A stretch of 52,665 nt of DNA, filler included, from Catajapyx aquilonaris (Eukaryota), in assembly GCA_000934665.2 (NCBI GenBank). It is 2 parts of 2 records of this genome, joined end to end, with 100 filler letters (N's around TTAATTAATTAA, not from the genome) between each part and the next. Parts side by side here need not be neighbours in the genome. Positions count along the whole stretch, not along the records: positions 1 to 26,283 come from JYFJ02005226.1; 1 more part is not named here. The stretch is one strand, 5' to 3'. The translations under genes and the position numbers were made by a program. Position 1 is the stretch's first letter. Every line of letters starts with the position of its first letter. Below the pieces are notes generated by a model that was not told the origin of the DNA, made no database searches, and saw only the letters and a list, made by a program, of their open reading frames with translations. Shown here piece after piece: positions 10,501 to 21,400 of the stretch.

Positions 10501-13500
10501 GCTTTATGTGAGGTAATACGGTAATTGTTTTGATACCGTTCAAATCACATTTTAAGTTGCATATTTGATTTCCTCTCCCTCATAAACATACCAATCGATA
10601 TACTACGCCCAATATTCAGCATTAAGGTTTGTAACTTTTTTTTTACAGAGAGCGTTCTTGGCAGTCATTACTTGGATTTGACATATTCTATTCTCAGGTA
10701 CAGTGTTGGACATAATTATCTCGAGGCATACTGCTAGCAACATTTTCCGAAGCAGCAGAAGAAGGAATCTTGCTCGCTCGGCTTGCAGTATCCTTATCTT
10801 CGATTCCTTCTTCTGCCGCTTCGGAAGATGTCACTAGCCACCAGTGCCTCGAATGCCTCGATTAATGTCCAACACTGTACTTCCCCAAGTCAGATTTCAG
10901 TAGACTTTTTAATTTGTTTAGTGGAGGTATGAAAGTGGTGAAATCCGTTGAGAAACCATTTGAAAGAATTTTGGTGAACCTGCATTGGATATTTCTGTTT
11001 AATGACCGGACTACTACTCCTAATTCCAATTACTAACTCTGGTCCATGGAAATGTAGTACCAGTAAGAAAAAAGCAAGATTGAGATGACCACATTATTTT
11101 GAGCTCGAATTCCCACCTCAACAATTTTTTGGGCCCATGAATAAAGCAAAAACCATTTTAAATTGCATTGTGCTACATTTTATAACATTTCCAATTCTTA
11201 AGCAAACTCACAAGCACCATGTAGGTGGCTGATCTATTTTTGCATGTTGCCTTTGATAACTTTGTCTTCAAATTGGAGATATGAATTTTTTACCAAGCAA
11301 TCCTATAATACACATGCAGTTGGCGCCAACTACGAATGTGACATGGCTCTGCTGTTCCTGATCATCCCTCCCAAGATGGCGTTACCACGGACAACATGGT
11401 GCATGGGGGGGAAAGAAGAAAGAGAGCGAGAGCGAGAGAATGCAGCTTGTCCTTGAAATTATTTTGTTATTAAGGGCTACCCCTTTAAATAGGGACAAAT
11501 CATGTATGAAGGATACTCATGCAGTAATGATGGCATTAAGTAAATAAACATTTTCATACTTTACATGTTTCCTTTTTTCCTAAAGAACTACTTAATGCAT
11601 GGAAAATGAGAGAACGATCTGACATCATAAAGGTTTCCATGGAAATACCCTCACAGAACAATAGGAGTAAACAGCGTCAACAAAAAGCAACAATGGAAGA
11701 AAGGTTGACGTCAGATCGTTCTCTAGTGTTCCATACATTATGTGGGAAATAATTGATTTAGTTTCTATTTCTAATTTCAACTGTAGTTTCTCATTTCAAA
11801 ACCATACATTGTGCAAAATGTCCTACTCTGAAGGCTGTTTGGACACTACGAGATTTCCTTAAAGGGACACTCCACTCAAATACAAGTTGGGTTCTAAAAA
11901 TCAGGCAAAAAATCCTGATTCCGAGGGTATAAGCAGTTTTTCTTAGAGACGAACGGTAAGGCCAGTGTGAAAGCTGGAATGTGTCGTTCGAAAACCGCGC
12001 GCGGGGCAGGTGGTGACGCCACCAGAGTGGAACCGGGGGGAACTAGACCAGGGACGCCTGGCGCGGCATGGTGTTTACTGAGCACACTATACTTCTCCGG
12101 TTTGCTGCGGGATGGTGTTGAATCGCCCTTCTTAGCAGACAACGTGTGTAGATATATGATTTTCCGTGTTACCGTTGGGCGTAGAAAAAAACTGATTGCA
12201 CATTCGCAATCAGGATTTTTTTTCCCGATTTTTGGGGGCCAACATGTATTTTGAGTGGAGTGTCCCTTTAACATTGTAACAAGACATTTGATTGTTTTGT
12301 TTTGTCTTTATAATTTGAATGAGTCCGATAGAATGCATTCAAAAATTCCTCCCTCTAGTATAGAACCCATGTTCTCGAGAGGGAGTAACAAATTTGATTT
12401 TATTTGAATTCATTCAAAAACTTTCATACCAAAATCATGAAATGATTTACAGACAGTCCCCGACTTTGTAGTGAATCATTCCATCAGTGGGCAGATTAGT
12501 TGCTTCGGCTGAAATTTAATAATGCTTTTCTTGCTATTGTTGGCATTTTACAGTATCGGTTTGTTCTGTCAATTTGTCATACAGACAATTGATTTTTTTT
12601 GCATAAGTCCAGATATATGCATGTCAGAGCTGCATAAGTCTGGAACTGTCTGTACTGGCTAGCCCTGAGAGGGACATGTCGAAAAAGTGTCTTCATATAA
12701 CAAATAAATGTCCCCAACCCACTCTGGTCTGGCATCTTACCTGCCCAAAATTCTGTTAACCTGCATTCTACACAAACCCTGTGTCCTCTCATTACACTTC
12801 TACTTCAGAGTCATGGGAATGAAACATTATTTTTGCACATTCCTAAGGCCCTGGCCACACTAGGTGGAATCTCCGCGACGGAATTTCTGGCGCGGTCCGC
12901 TCAAACACATGGAAGTAAATGGGATTCCGTCGGGATGAGACACACATGACGGTGTTTTCCGTCGTTCCGTCGAACACCAGCAGAAGACAGCAGAAAAAAT
13001 CAGCTCCGTTTTCCACAGGGGACAATAATCCCACTGCAATACATTGATTCCGCCGGGGGAATGCCACAATACCGACGGAAAAAGTGGGTTTGGTGGGCCT
13101 GCACCAGGGGAATTGGTAGCTGAAAGGGCCGCAAGGCAGCAGCACGGTTGACGGAAATTCCGCGTGACAAAACGTTGCAAAATCAAATCGCGCCGGAGAT
13201 TCCGCCTAGTGTGGCCAGGCCCTAAGCCTAATTCCAACTATTTTAAAATTTCTGTCCATGATGGTATGTACCACTTAAACAACATTATGCCAATGAAGAA
13301 TAACATCTCACTATCAGATGTAAAACTTTACAAAATGTCAACTACGCAGGTCACGGGGTCAGTCAATGTATTCTTGAGGAGTTGACATACAGGGAGTTTC
13401 TGAATTCAGCCAACAAACTCGTAGGGGAAATAGAGGGGGCAAAGACAAATACTTTTCACACAGGACCCATGTCCGGAAACGCCATCTACAGGGGGTTAAT

Positions 13501-16278
13501 AGACAAGGAATGGGTACACTCAGACGTGTCAAGCAGGAGGCGCTTGGCAAGCGGACCTTTTAGTTGCTAGATGGCGCGTGGATAGTAAACAATGGAACAA
13601 TTCACCATAACCTGGCAACAACAGAGCCACCTAGCAACTAAAGCCCACTATCTAGGTAGCCTGTGGATAGTAAACAACGGCTGTGTTGCGATATTTCCAT
13701 AAGTGATGCATCCCAGTACACCACATGACTGCTTCCAAATGAATTAATAACTTGAAACATGATCCTAATTAGCTCCAGACCCATCAAAGAGTACCAGAAC
13801 ATGGTCATAATACTTGAGAACATTAATGTGGCACCACTCACTTTGTGGCAATCTTGTTCAAGGTCCTCTCCTTCTCTCGCTCCAGAATGTTTGGTTTTGT
13901 GCGGCCAACGGAATCCCATTCTTTTTGCTGTAATATAATTATAGTTATTAGTGTATGTTTCAACACTTGTAACCATAACCTTAATCAATACAGCACCTTT
14001 AGCTTCTTTTTGGGCTTCTTAGCAGGAACATCTTCAACTTCTTCTCCAGCAAGGCAAGTAGTCCCATCCTCACCAACAACTTCAAACTGCCGTTTCTTTT
14101 GGTTAGGCTGCATTTTTTGTGAGTCACTTTTATTTGACTTTGATAGGATTGGTGCTGCAGATTCATTGCCTCCCCCTCGGAGAATTCTGGCCATGATGGC
14201 AGCCCAGTTTGAATTGGTGTCATTTGAATTTTCTGGCTTCTCATCATTCTCTTCCTTCACTGACACATCTGATACAGAAGAATCCTCTGAGGACCCTGAA
14301 AAATCATTACAAGTATTAGTAAATAAACATGCCCTACTCATAGCAGCTTGGGCTAGATTCATCAAAACTGATCTTGTTATTCCTGATAAATGCCCTTATG
14401 CATGATCACACTTGATTCAAACAGAAAAATTGCCAGATAATATGTAACTAGGCACCAACTTGCCAAAATTAGGCAAAAAATTAGGTACAAGTGCAAAAGT
14501 GAAGAGAGAGAGAGAGAGAGAGAGAGAGACGAGGTCCAGGCAGCAGCATCGAAGCGACATCCGACGGTGAAGTGCAGAAGTACGTGAGTCGCCACCTAGG
14601 AGGTGGTGTCCCGCACCAAAACAAAAAAAATTGGAATTTCGTGGAAAGGCCGCGGTCAGTTTTTTTTTTTTGCGTGTTTTTCAGTTTGACAAAGTTTCCA
14701 AAAAACAGTTTCTTGCAAATATAGAAAACACTGGCAAAATTTTGACACAGCTCCCAAAGCTGTAGGTCGTATAGTGCAGGAGGAGTTGTTGGAACAGTCG
14801 GCTTTTAATAATATAGATGATGTCATATATACACGGACATAGTGTTGATCTCCACAAGCTTCTACGAGGGGTGTTATATAAGTTCGTGGTTTCGCCTAGA
14901 AGGAGAAGCAAATGCGGAAGCTAAACAGCGCCATTAAATCGAGCCACCCTTCAAACCCCTATATCCACCCAATTGACATAGGTGTCAAAGTCCTTGGGTT
15001 CAGAAATAATTCGGATGTGAAAGGGTGCGCAGCATCTTGTGAAGATGGCGAACATCACACATCGCGCGGTCATCCAGTACCTGGTGGCAAAGGGAATGGG
15101 TGCCAAGGACATCTTTGAGGACATGCAGGATACATTGGCTGGCGATGCACCATCCTACAGCATGATCCAGAAGTGGACTGCCCTCTTCAAACACGGCCGA
15201 GACAGCCTAGAAGACGACCCCCGCTCCGGAAGACCCGTGTGTTCCACCACTGAAGAAAATGTGGCCAAAGTGGAGGAACTAGTGATGGGAGACCGAAGAC
15301 TGACTATCAGGTACCTTGCTGAGGTGGTGGGCATCTCAACATTTTCCATCCACACCATACTACATGACCTCCTGCACCTGTGGAAGGTGTCACCACGATG
15401 GGTACCTCGAATGTTGTTGCCAGAACAGAAGGCGGCGCGTCGGGAGATGTAACAATCAAATTTGGACCTGCTGAATGCTGATGCAGAAGGATTTTACGCT
15501 CGTCTGGTCACACAGGATGAAACCTGGGTACCTCATTATGTTCCCGAACATGAAGAAACACCTGCGGGGTCGACTCCATGGGAGTGACGAAGAGGTCAAG
15601 GCAGCTGTGGAGGACGTCTTGGGGGGGTGGGATTCTTCCTTATACCGGAGCGGTTTGGAGAAGTTGCCACGAAGATGGACAAAGTGTATTGACTGGTGTG
15701 GGGACTATGTTGAGAAATAAAATTGTTTCTTTGTCATGTCTTGCGTACGTCTACTTGAAACCACGAACTTATATAACACCCCTCGTATCTCTCAGGTCCT
15801 AAATTTGATATCTGGATCTGAATGAGGCTTTTCTTACATGTATATGATTTCAATCGGTTCCCTCCATATTCATATGAATTTTTCCGGTCCTCTCCCCTTC
15901 CCTCCCGCTATCAAAATCCATCATCAGTGCAGTGATTTAATAAAGTCAGGAATATGAAACGGGTTCCCCTAAAAGGCCGAGTAACCACCTAAAGATAGAG
16001 ATGTTTAAAATAAAAATGTCATGTTCAGGGCGACACGGTAGCAGAGTGGTTAGCGCCGCAGCCTTCCACTCTAAGGTCCCGAGTTTGATCCCCTGGTCAG
16101 ACGGAGGATACTTATGTGGATAGAGTTGCAATGGGTTATCTCCGTGTTCGCGTGGGTTTTCTCGGGGTTCTCCGTTTCCTCCCGCAATCAAAATCCATCA
16201 CAGCAAAGGCAATGATTAAAGACAGTTATTCAAAAGATGATCCCCTAAGAGGACCAAGGAGACCTATCATGGGGTATC

Positions 16279-16327
<49 letters not shown>

Positions 16328-17980
16328 AATAATAATAATAATAATTAATAAATAAACCAATGGACCTTTTAGCCGTGACGTATTTGTTTACCTTTTTTTT
16401 CGCGGCGGCCATGTTGGTTGGGCAGAACCAGCAATGGCGGCATGCTGAGCGGGTTATTTCTGCAACAATATATCGAGTAAGTAAGCCACGCCGGCCTTTT
16501 TTTCGGTTCCAAATTGATGTGGAGGGGAGGGCCAGATTGTTGGCCGCCGTCAGGAGAGTGGAGAAGGTCGAGAAAAGTTGGTAACCCACCAAACATCGAC
16601 TGATTTGCGGAGCTCACACTTTGCACAGAGTAACCATTTCCCGTGTTTATTTCCCTGCTGGAAGTTGCAGTGTGACTAATTAACCCCGGCGAACCTCACA
16701 CACCGGCACAAACACTGCCAACAACACGAGCAGGAGCGATGATTTACCCACGAGAGTATCGTATCGAGTATCGTATCGCCTCGCCTCTTTGTTTCTCCCG
16801 TAGTAAGCCTTTTCGCGTAGTGCGGCAGTGGTTCCAAAGAGCGGGCCATGTCGGGGAGCCCCGTAGGTAGGCCACGGGCCAACCACGGGCCACAGCAGAG
16901 CTCATAAACCCCGGCAGACCTCAAAAACCATGCCAACAACACGGGTGGGATAGGGGTTTTACCCAACCAACATGGCGGCCGCCTTTGTTGTGATGACGTA
17001 GCGTTAAAAGGCTCATTCATATTATTTCCATTTCTAATAATTGTCTAGAAAATGTGTTATACTAGGAGCGTTCAAATATGAATAGCAATTTAAATTTCTC
17101 GCACAAACAACAATGCATATGCGGAAGCTGTACCCATCAGGTGATGCTCTGGAAAGTGTACAACCGTTTAGCCACCTTTGAGCCACGAGGGTGCAGTACA
17201 GTAGAAGTGGGAGCTATGACTGAAGCAGAAGTTCATTAGTGCGTGGAACAACGCATTATTATCATATTTCTGACCAGGGAAGGATTGAAACCGTCTGATA
17301 TTTGCAGTTGGCAGTATGGTGAAGACATGTTGTCAGGAAGAAGAATTTATACTTGGAGTAAGGACTTCAAGAGGGACCAGAACTCATTGAGAATGAACAG
17401 CATCCCTGGCTCAACAAAGGCAGAGAATGCTTCCCTAGTTGACGAGCTCATTTTGTGATGATCAGCGGATTTCTGTGAGTGATATTGCTTCCACTCTGAA
17501 CATCAGCATTGGTAGTGTGGACACCATATCAGAAACAAACTGAAATATTGGGGAGGTGGGGGGCATACGATGGTGATAATTACCCAAAATTATAAGTGGC
17601 TGTGCTCCCCCATCTCCCATTTTTTTTACACGGAACACATAAGCTACCTCAACTATGGCACTAGTGCATTGCAAAGCAGGGAAACTAGGTTGAATGATGA
17701 TACGACCGACGTAGGTCAGTTTATATTTTTGCTTCTGTAATTAGCAAATTGCTGTTCATATTTGTACGCTGGTAACTAACGAAGTATCCAAAAGTGGCAT
17801 CACAGCATTAACAAAAAAATTCTGATATAAACCTGCCACGCTATAACCTAATGCTGTCCGTCAGTTCCGATAACATATGTTACATTACACTAGCTTACAC
17901 AGCTTACCAGTACTCTCGTCGCTAGAAAGTACTTCTTCCTCAGCATCAGAGCCATGTGATACACGCACGAAAGACGCCAT
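7588..17980 (-). CDS. RRP15: RRP15-like ribosome biogenesis protein, 240 aa, four exons
   Basis: Exons 17980-17908, 14295-13997, 13927-13842 and 7852-7588 have compatible phases and GT-AG ends. Motifs WAAIMARIL...PILSK, EKERTLNKIATKGVVQLFNAV and WKVMRDDFMM...KDWD. Confidence 0.93.
9308..9543 (+). mobile_element. tRNA-derived SINE, family B (V-domain-like), 5' degraded
   Basis: B-box GGTTCGATCCC. Colinear with the copies at 16028 and 21978; shared 3' end gatgatcccctaaga...ggggtatccat. Confidence 0.85.
9544..9974. mobile_element. Truncated Tc1/mariner-type foldback MITE (CAGGGTG terminus)
   Basis: TA|cagggtgtttcagagtca. Near-identical to the complete copy at 24883-25464 but lacks the right end. 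Confidence 0.85.
9972..10521. mobile_element. MITE with CCGTATTA termini, left end missing
   Basis: Colinear with 23668-24225; ends gaggtaatacgg|TA. Confidence 0.85.
10701..10877. mobile_element. Small palindromic MITE, TA TSD
   Basis: TA|cagtgttggacat ... atgtccaacactg|TA, with inner inverted arms gcagaagaaggaatc / gattccttcttctgc. Confidence 0.85.
11593..11740. mobile_element. Degenerate small palindromic MITE
   Basis: taatgcatggaa...gagaacgatctgac is mirrored by gtcagatcgttctc...ttccatacatta. Confidence 0.6.
11863..12267. mobile_element. Kolobok-type MITE
   Basis: TTAA|agggacactccactcaaa ... tttgagtggagtgtccct|TTAA. TTAA TSD with AGG termini. Confidence 0.85.
12847..13222. mobile_element. 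PIF/Harbinger-type MITE
   Basis: TAA|ggccctggccacactagg ... cctagtgtggccaggccc|TAA. Confidence 0.85.
14865..15785 (+). mobile_element. Internally deleted mariner transposon in RRP15 intron 1
   Basis: TA-flanked TIRs cgaggggtgttatataagttcgtggtttc. HTH region SLEDDPRSGRP and WVPRML, first catalytic D in VTQDETW, and C-terminus RWTKCI...GDYVEK. The YSPDLAP segment is deleted and there is a premature stop. Confidence 0.95.
16028..16355 (+). mobile_element. tRNA-derived SINE, family B, full length with (TTA)n/(TAA)n tail
   Basis: A-box TAGCAGAGTGG and B-box GAGTTTGATCCC. V-like core cgtgggttttctcggggttctccgtttcctccc, then a microsatellite tail. A further fragment lies at about 15880-15945. Confidence 0.9.
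16359..17017 (+). mobile_element. Non-autonomous DNA transposon (Harbinger-like ends) carrying a decayed THAP domain
   Basis: Imperfect TIRs aatggaccttttagc...gacgt...ggcggccatgttggttggg versus cccaaccaaacatggcggcc...gacgt...aaaaggctcatt. Internal reading MAAC*AGYFCNN, then after a frameshift FFRFQID...LAAVRR...W*PTKHRLICGAH. Confidence 0.6.
17062..17770 (+). mobile_element. Highly decayed mariner element
   Basis: ORF EQRIIIIFLTREGLKPSDI...YGEDMLS...YTWSKDFK resembles a mariner HTH. Inverted ends agcgttcaaatatgaatagcaatt / aattgctgttcatatttgtacgct. Confidence 0.8.
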
Positions 17981-18425
17981 ATTAGTTCCCACTTCCCAGT
18001 CTTCCCACACCAGCCAGGCAGCGGCCAATTCACGAACTAATTACCGGCCGCATTCCTACCCCCGCCCACTTAACGATTCAATCTATGCTGATCTATACAC
18101 ATTATTATAATACTACAGGGTCTAAAACACAATCTGTCCAAAACACTGTCTCCAACACGGTCTGAAAAACCGGAAAAAACCAAACAGTGAAATGCACCAA
18201 CAGTGCCTTACAACATCTTTGGGCGGACATGTATGACATGGATATCTGCAGGTGGCAGAGGTGGCAGGTTTGCCACCTGCAATCCAAAGCGTAGTTTTTA
18301 TTGTGATGGTAGTGCCATCTACGGGTAAATGGCGCCCTTTATTCATCTTGATCATCATTGTACTTTTGGTGAACGTCTAGTTGAATATTCATTATAAATG
18401 TATACCCTGAGGTGACTCATTCAAA

Positions 18426-21400
18426 ATGGGAGCTGGGCAGGGCCCGAGACACCCGTCGTCTGTTTACATGTTGCCAGGAAAACAAAAGAGTGTGTACCAG
18501 TTTCATTTGATATTGTTCGAAGCGTGTGGGCTCTCCTTCGACACCTTATTTCTCCGAAACAGGTCCACGAAGAACCCCCCCTTCGGTCATGCTGCAGGAG
18601 TCGGCCCACGAACAGAGCCCGCACACCGCGACTACCAAGACCACCGCGGAGCCCACCGCGACTGAGCTCTGGCAGGATGAGGTTACAGGAAAACCACCCA
18701 GACCTCCTAGGAGGCCCAAGACTCCCATCCCGCCAATACCGATAGTGCCCCAACGTACAAGTATGAACAACACAGAACGTATATTGAGCACAGATGTATT
18801 TACTCCAAGTGTAATTTTGACTTTTTGCAGTAGAGGAGAGAAGGATTGCCTTGTTCAAGGAAAGGAAGTTGAAGGCTGCTATGTGTGGTAATTATTCCAA
18901 AGTTATCAACTTATTTGCAATGTTTGACAATGCCAGGGACTGATTTGCAATTATGAACAGCACCGGATTTACGGCAAGGCAACCCAGGCAGTTGCCTAGG
19001 GCGGCAGATTTCAAGGGGCGGCAAATTTAGGCGTACAAAAAAGTAAACGAAAAATTAATAATAAATAATTACGCGACTGGAAGCAGCGACGGATTTACCA
19101 TTGGGCAGAGTAGGAAATTGCCTAGGGGCGGCTGCAAGTTGCAATAAATATTTTTCAAATAGGCTACAATAATAATAAATAAAGGCGAAATCATTAAAAA
19201 ATTGCAAAAATTTTGTCGGGGGGTTGCCATTGGCGGATTTGCCACTAGGCCAGGGGTATTCAACTAGTTTATGACAAGGTCCAGTATTTACCTTTCCTGG
19301 GCCATTGAAGGTCCGGACCCACGGGTTCACATTCGAAAATGTAAACATGTGCAGCAAGGGTAGAAGGGCCTATCAAGACAGGGCATATTAAGACATTTTC
19401 GCCCTTCATGATGTCCTGTAAAGGAGCGTAGGCAGAAGAATTTCGGAGGGAGGGCCATTTTGTAAGCACAAGGTGAACAGGCCGTAATGGACGGGGAAAG
19501 AGCCCGCCGCAGGCGAAATTTCTTGGGGGTTCAAGGTCCCACGAGCTTAGGTGAGATGTGGGAGATTTGAATAGGTGTGTATTTCATGGAATTGGTAGCA
19601 CTTTTTCCAAAAAAAAATCATGAATTAGTAATTTATCATGCTATTTCAAACTCCTGTATATTGTCGCGATCCGGACAAAATTGCGTCGCGGTCCGGATCC
19701 GCCAGTTGAATATCCCTGCACTAGGCAAAAAAACCTAAGGGGAGGGCGGCCATAAGTTTAAAGAGTTGGAATATAAATTGAAATGAAGGAGAGAACTCGA
19801 CAAAAAAAATTGAATTTTTAAGCGGCATTGGGGGGGAGGGAGGGAGAGAGAGAGAGGGAGAGAGGGCTCTCAACTGCCTAGGGGCGGCCAAGGGGGTAAA
19901 TCCGGCACTGATTATGAACCACATGTTTGGTCAAAGCCTAATCCATAGTAAGGCGAAAGGCAAGTGAGAAAAATTCCCCACATTCTTACTATAATTAGAA
20001 TCTAATTTTAAACCAGTACATAGGACTTGAAAAGTTCAAAGATGTTGTGTCTGCTTTGTATTTATCTGTTGAATACTCCATTTCACAAGAGACGATGAGG
20101 CAATTCCACGTGAACGTGATCACCTTTTGCACAAAAAAAATTGCCCGTCGATGAGTGTGAGATATGTTTAGGTCCAGGTCACGTTAGGACCTTTCCCACA
20201 AGGATTTGGTCCTCTGATGCGTGGTTGCCTATCTACAGGCGCTAATTGCACTTGGATCACAGTTAGAGGCGCCCCCCTATTACATTTACATGACAACGTA
20301 AATGCATGATGTAATACATGTTTCATGTGTGAAATTTTCTCCTCTTTCCGACAAAAATAGTCACTTTCCGATAGCTGTGCAAATTCAGGTCAAAATGCGA
20401 CATTTTTGCAAACAAATGACATTTTCAAAAAAGTGCCAAAGTCAATTGTCATCACATTGATATCAAAATACAACTCACAGTGTCCTCTACCACTGATACA
20501 AACGGAATTTTGGAATACGAAATGGTTACGGAGCTATAGGTACTGACGTGGAGTGCTGCGCTAGTGGCCCCCAGAATGAAAAGGAGCGGCCCACCTAGGC
20601 CCGTCTTCATGTCTCAGGTAGTGTACGCTTGTCCTTTGTGTTTAATTCACTTAAGAAAATAGTTCCAAAAAAATAGACCATAGAATAGTAAGAATAAATG
20701 AAAATTCCCTTGTCATGTTCAACAAAGTGTCAAGTATGTGTTAAAATATGCTTGATTATTTAGAATACAGAAACATGTGGCCTACTTTTTATTTTTATGT
20801 TCATTCCTCTGTTCGTTCCTAGTTCACTGTTGAGACCTGTACGGAATTCCTTGCGGTTCCATACGGGCCCCTTGCTTTCACTATAATGGAATATATTGCA
20901 CTCCTGCACCCCTCCACGTCAGTGATTATAGCTCCGTAACCCTTGCGTATGCCAAAATTCCGTTTGTATGGCTGATAAAGGACACTGTGAGGAATTTTTT
21001 GATATCAATGTGATGACTGATGGCATTTAACTTGGCTCACGTTTCAAAAATTTCATTTCTTTGCAAAATTCTCTCTTTTTGCCATGCATTTGCACATCTG
21101 TCAGGAAGTTAGCATTTTTGTCGAAAATAGGAGACAATATCACACGTGAAACTTGTATCACATCAAGCATTTACATTGTCGTGTAAATGTGATCAAAGTA
21201 CAATTTGAGCCTGTAGAGAAGAAACCACGCATCAGCGGACCAAATCCTTATGCGAAAGGTTCTAACCTGGACCTAAACATATCTCACACTTTGACACTTA
21301 TCGACAGTCAAATTTTTTCGTGCAAAAGGTGATCACGTTCACGTGGAATTGCCCAGTAGCGGACCAAATTTATTTGGAACTATATTTCTAGATATACTAA

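Noticed and set aside
16028..16100. tRNA genes at the SINE heads (also 2340-2409, 27000, 48075)
   Set aside because: A and B boxes are present, but each continues into a SINE body; several have TSDs or tails, and I could not fold a full cloverleaf.
16391..16412. MAAAKKK as RRP15 first exon
   Set aside because: It lies in a transposon TIR and has the wrong phase; 17980-17908 fits.
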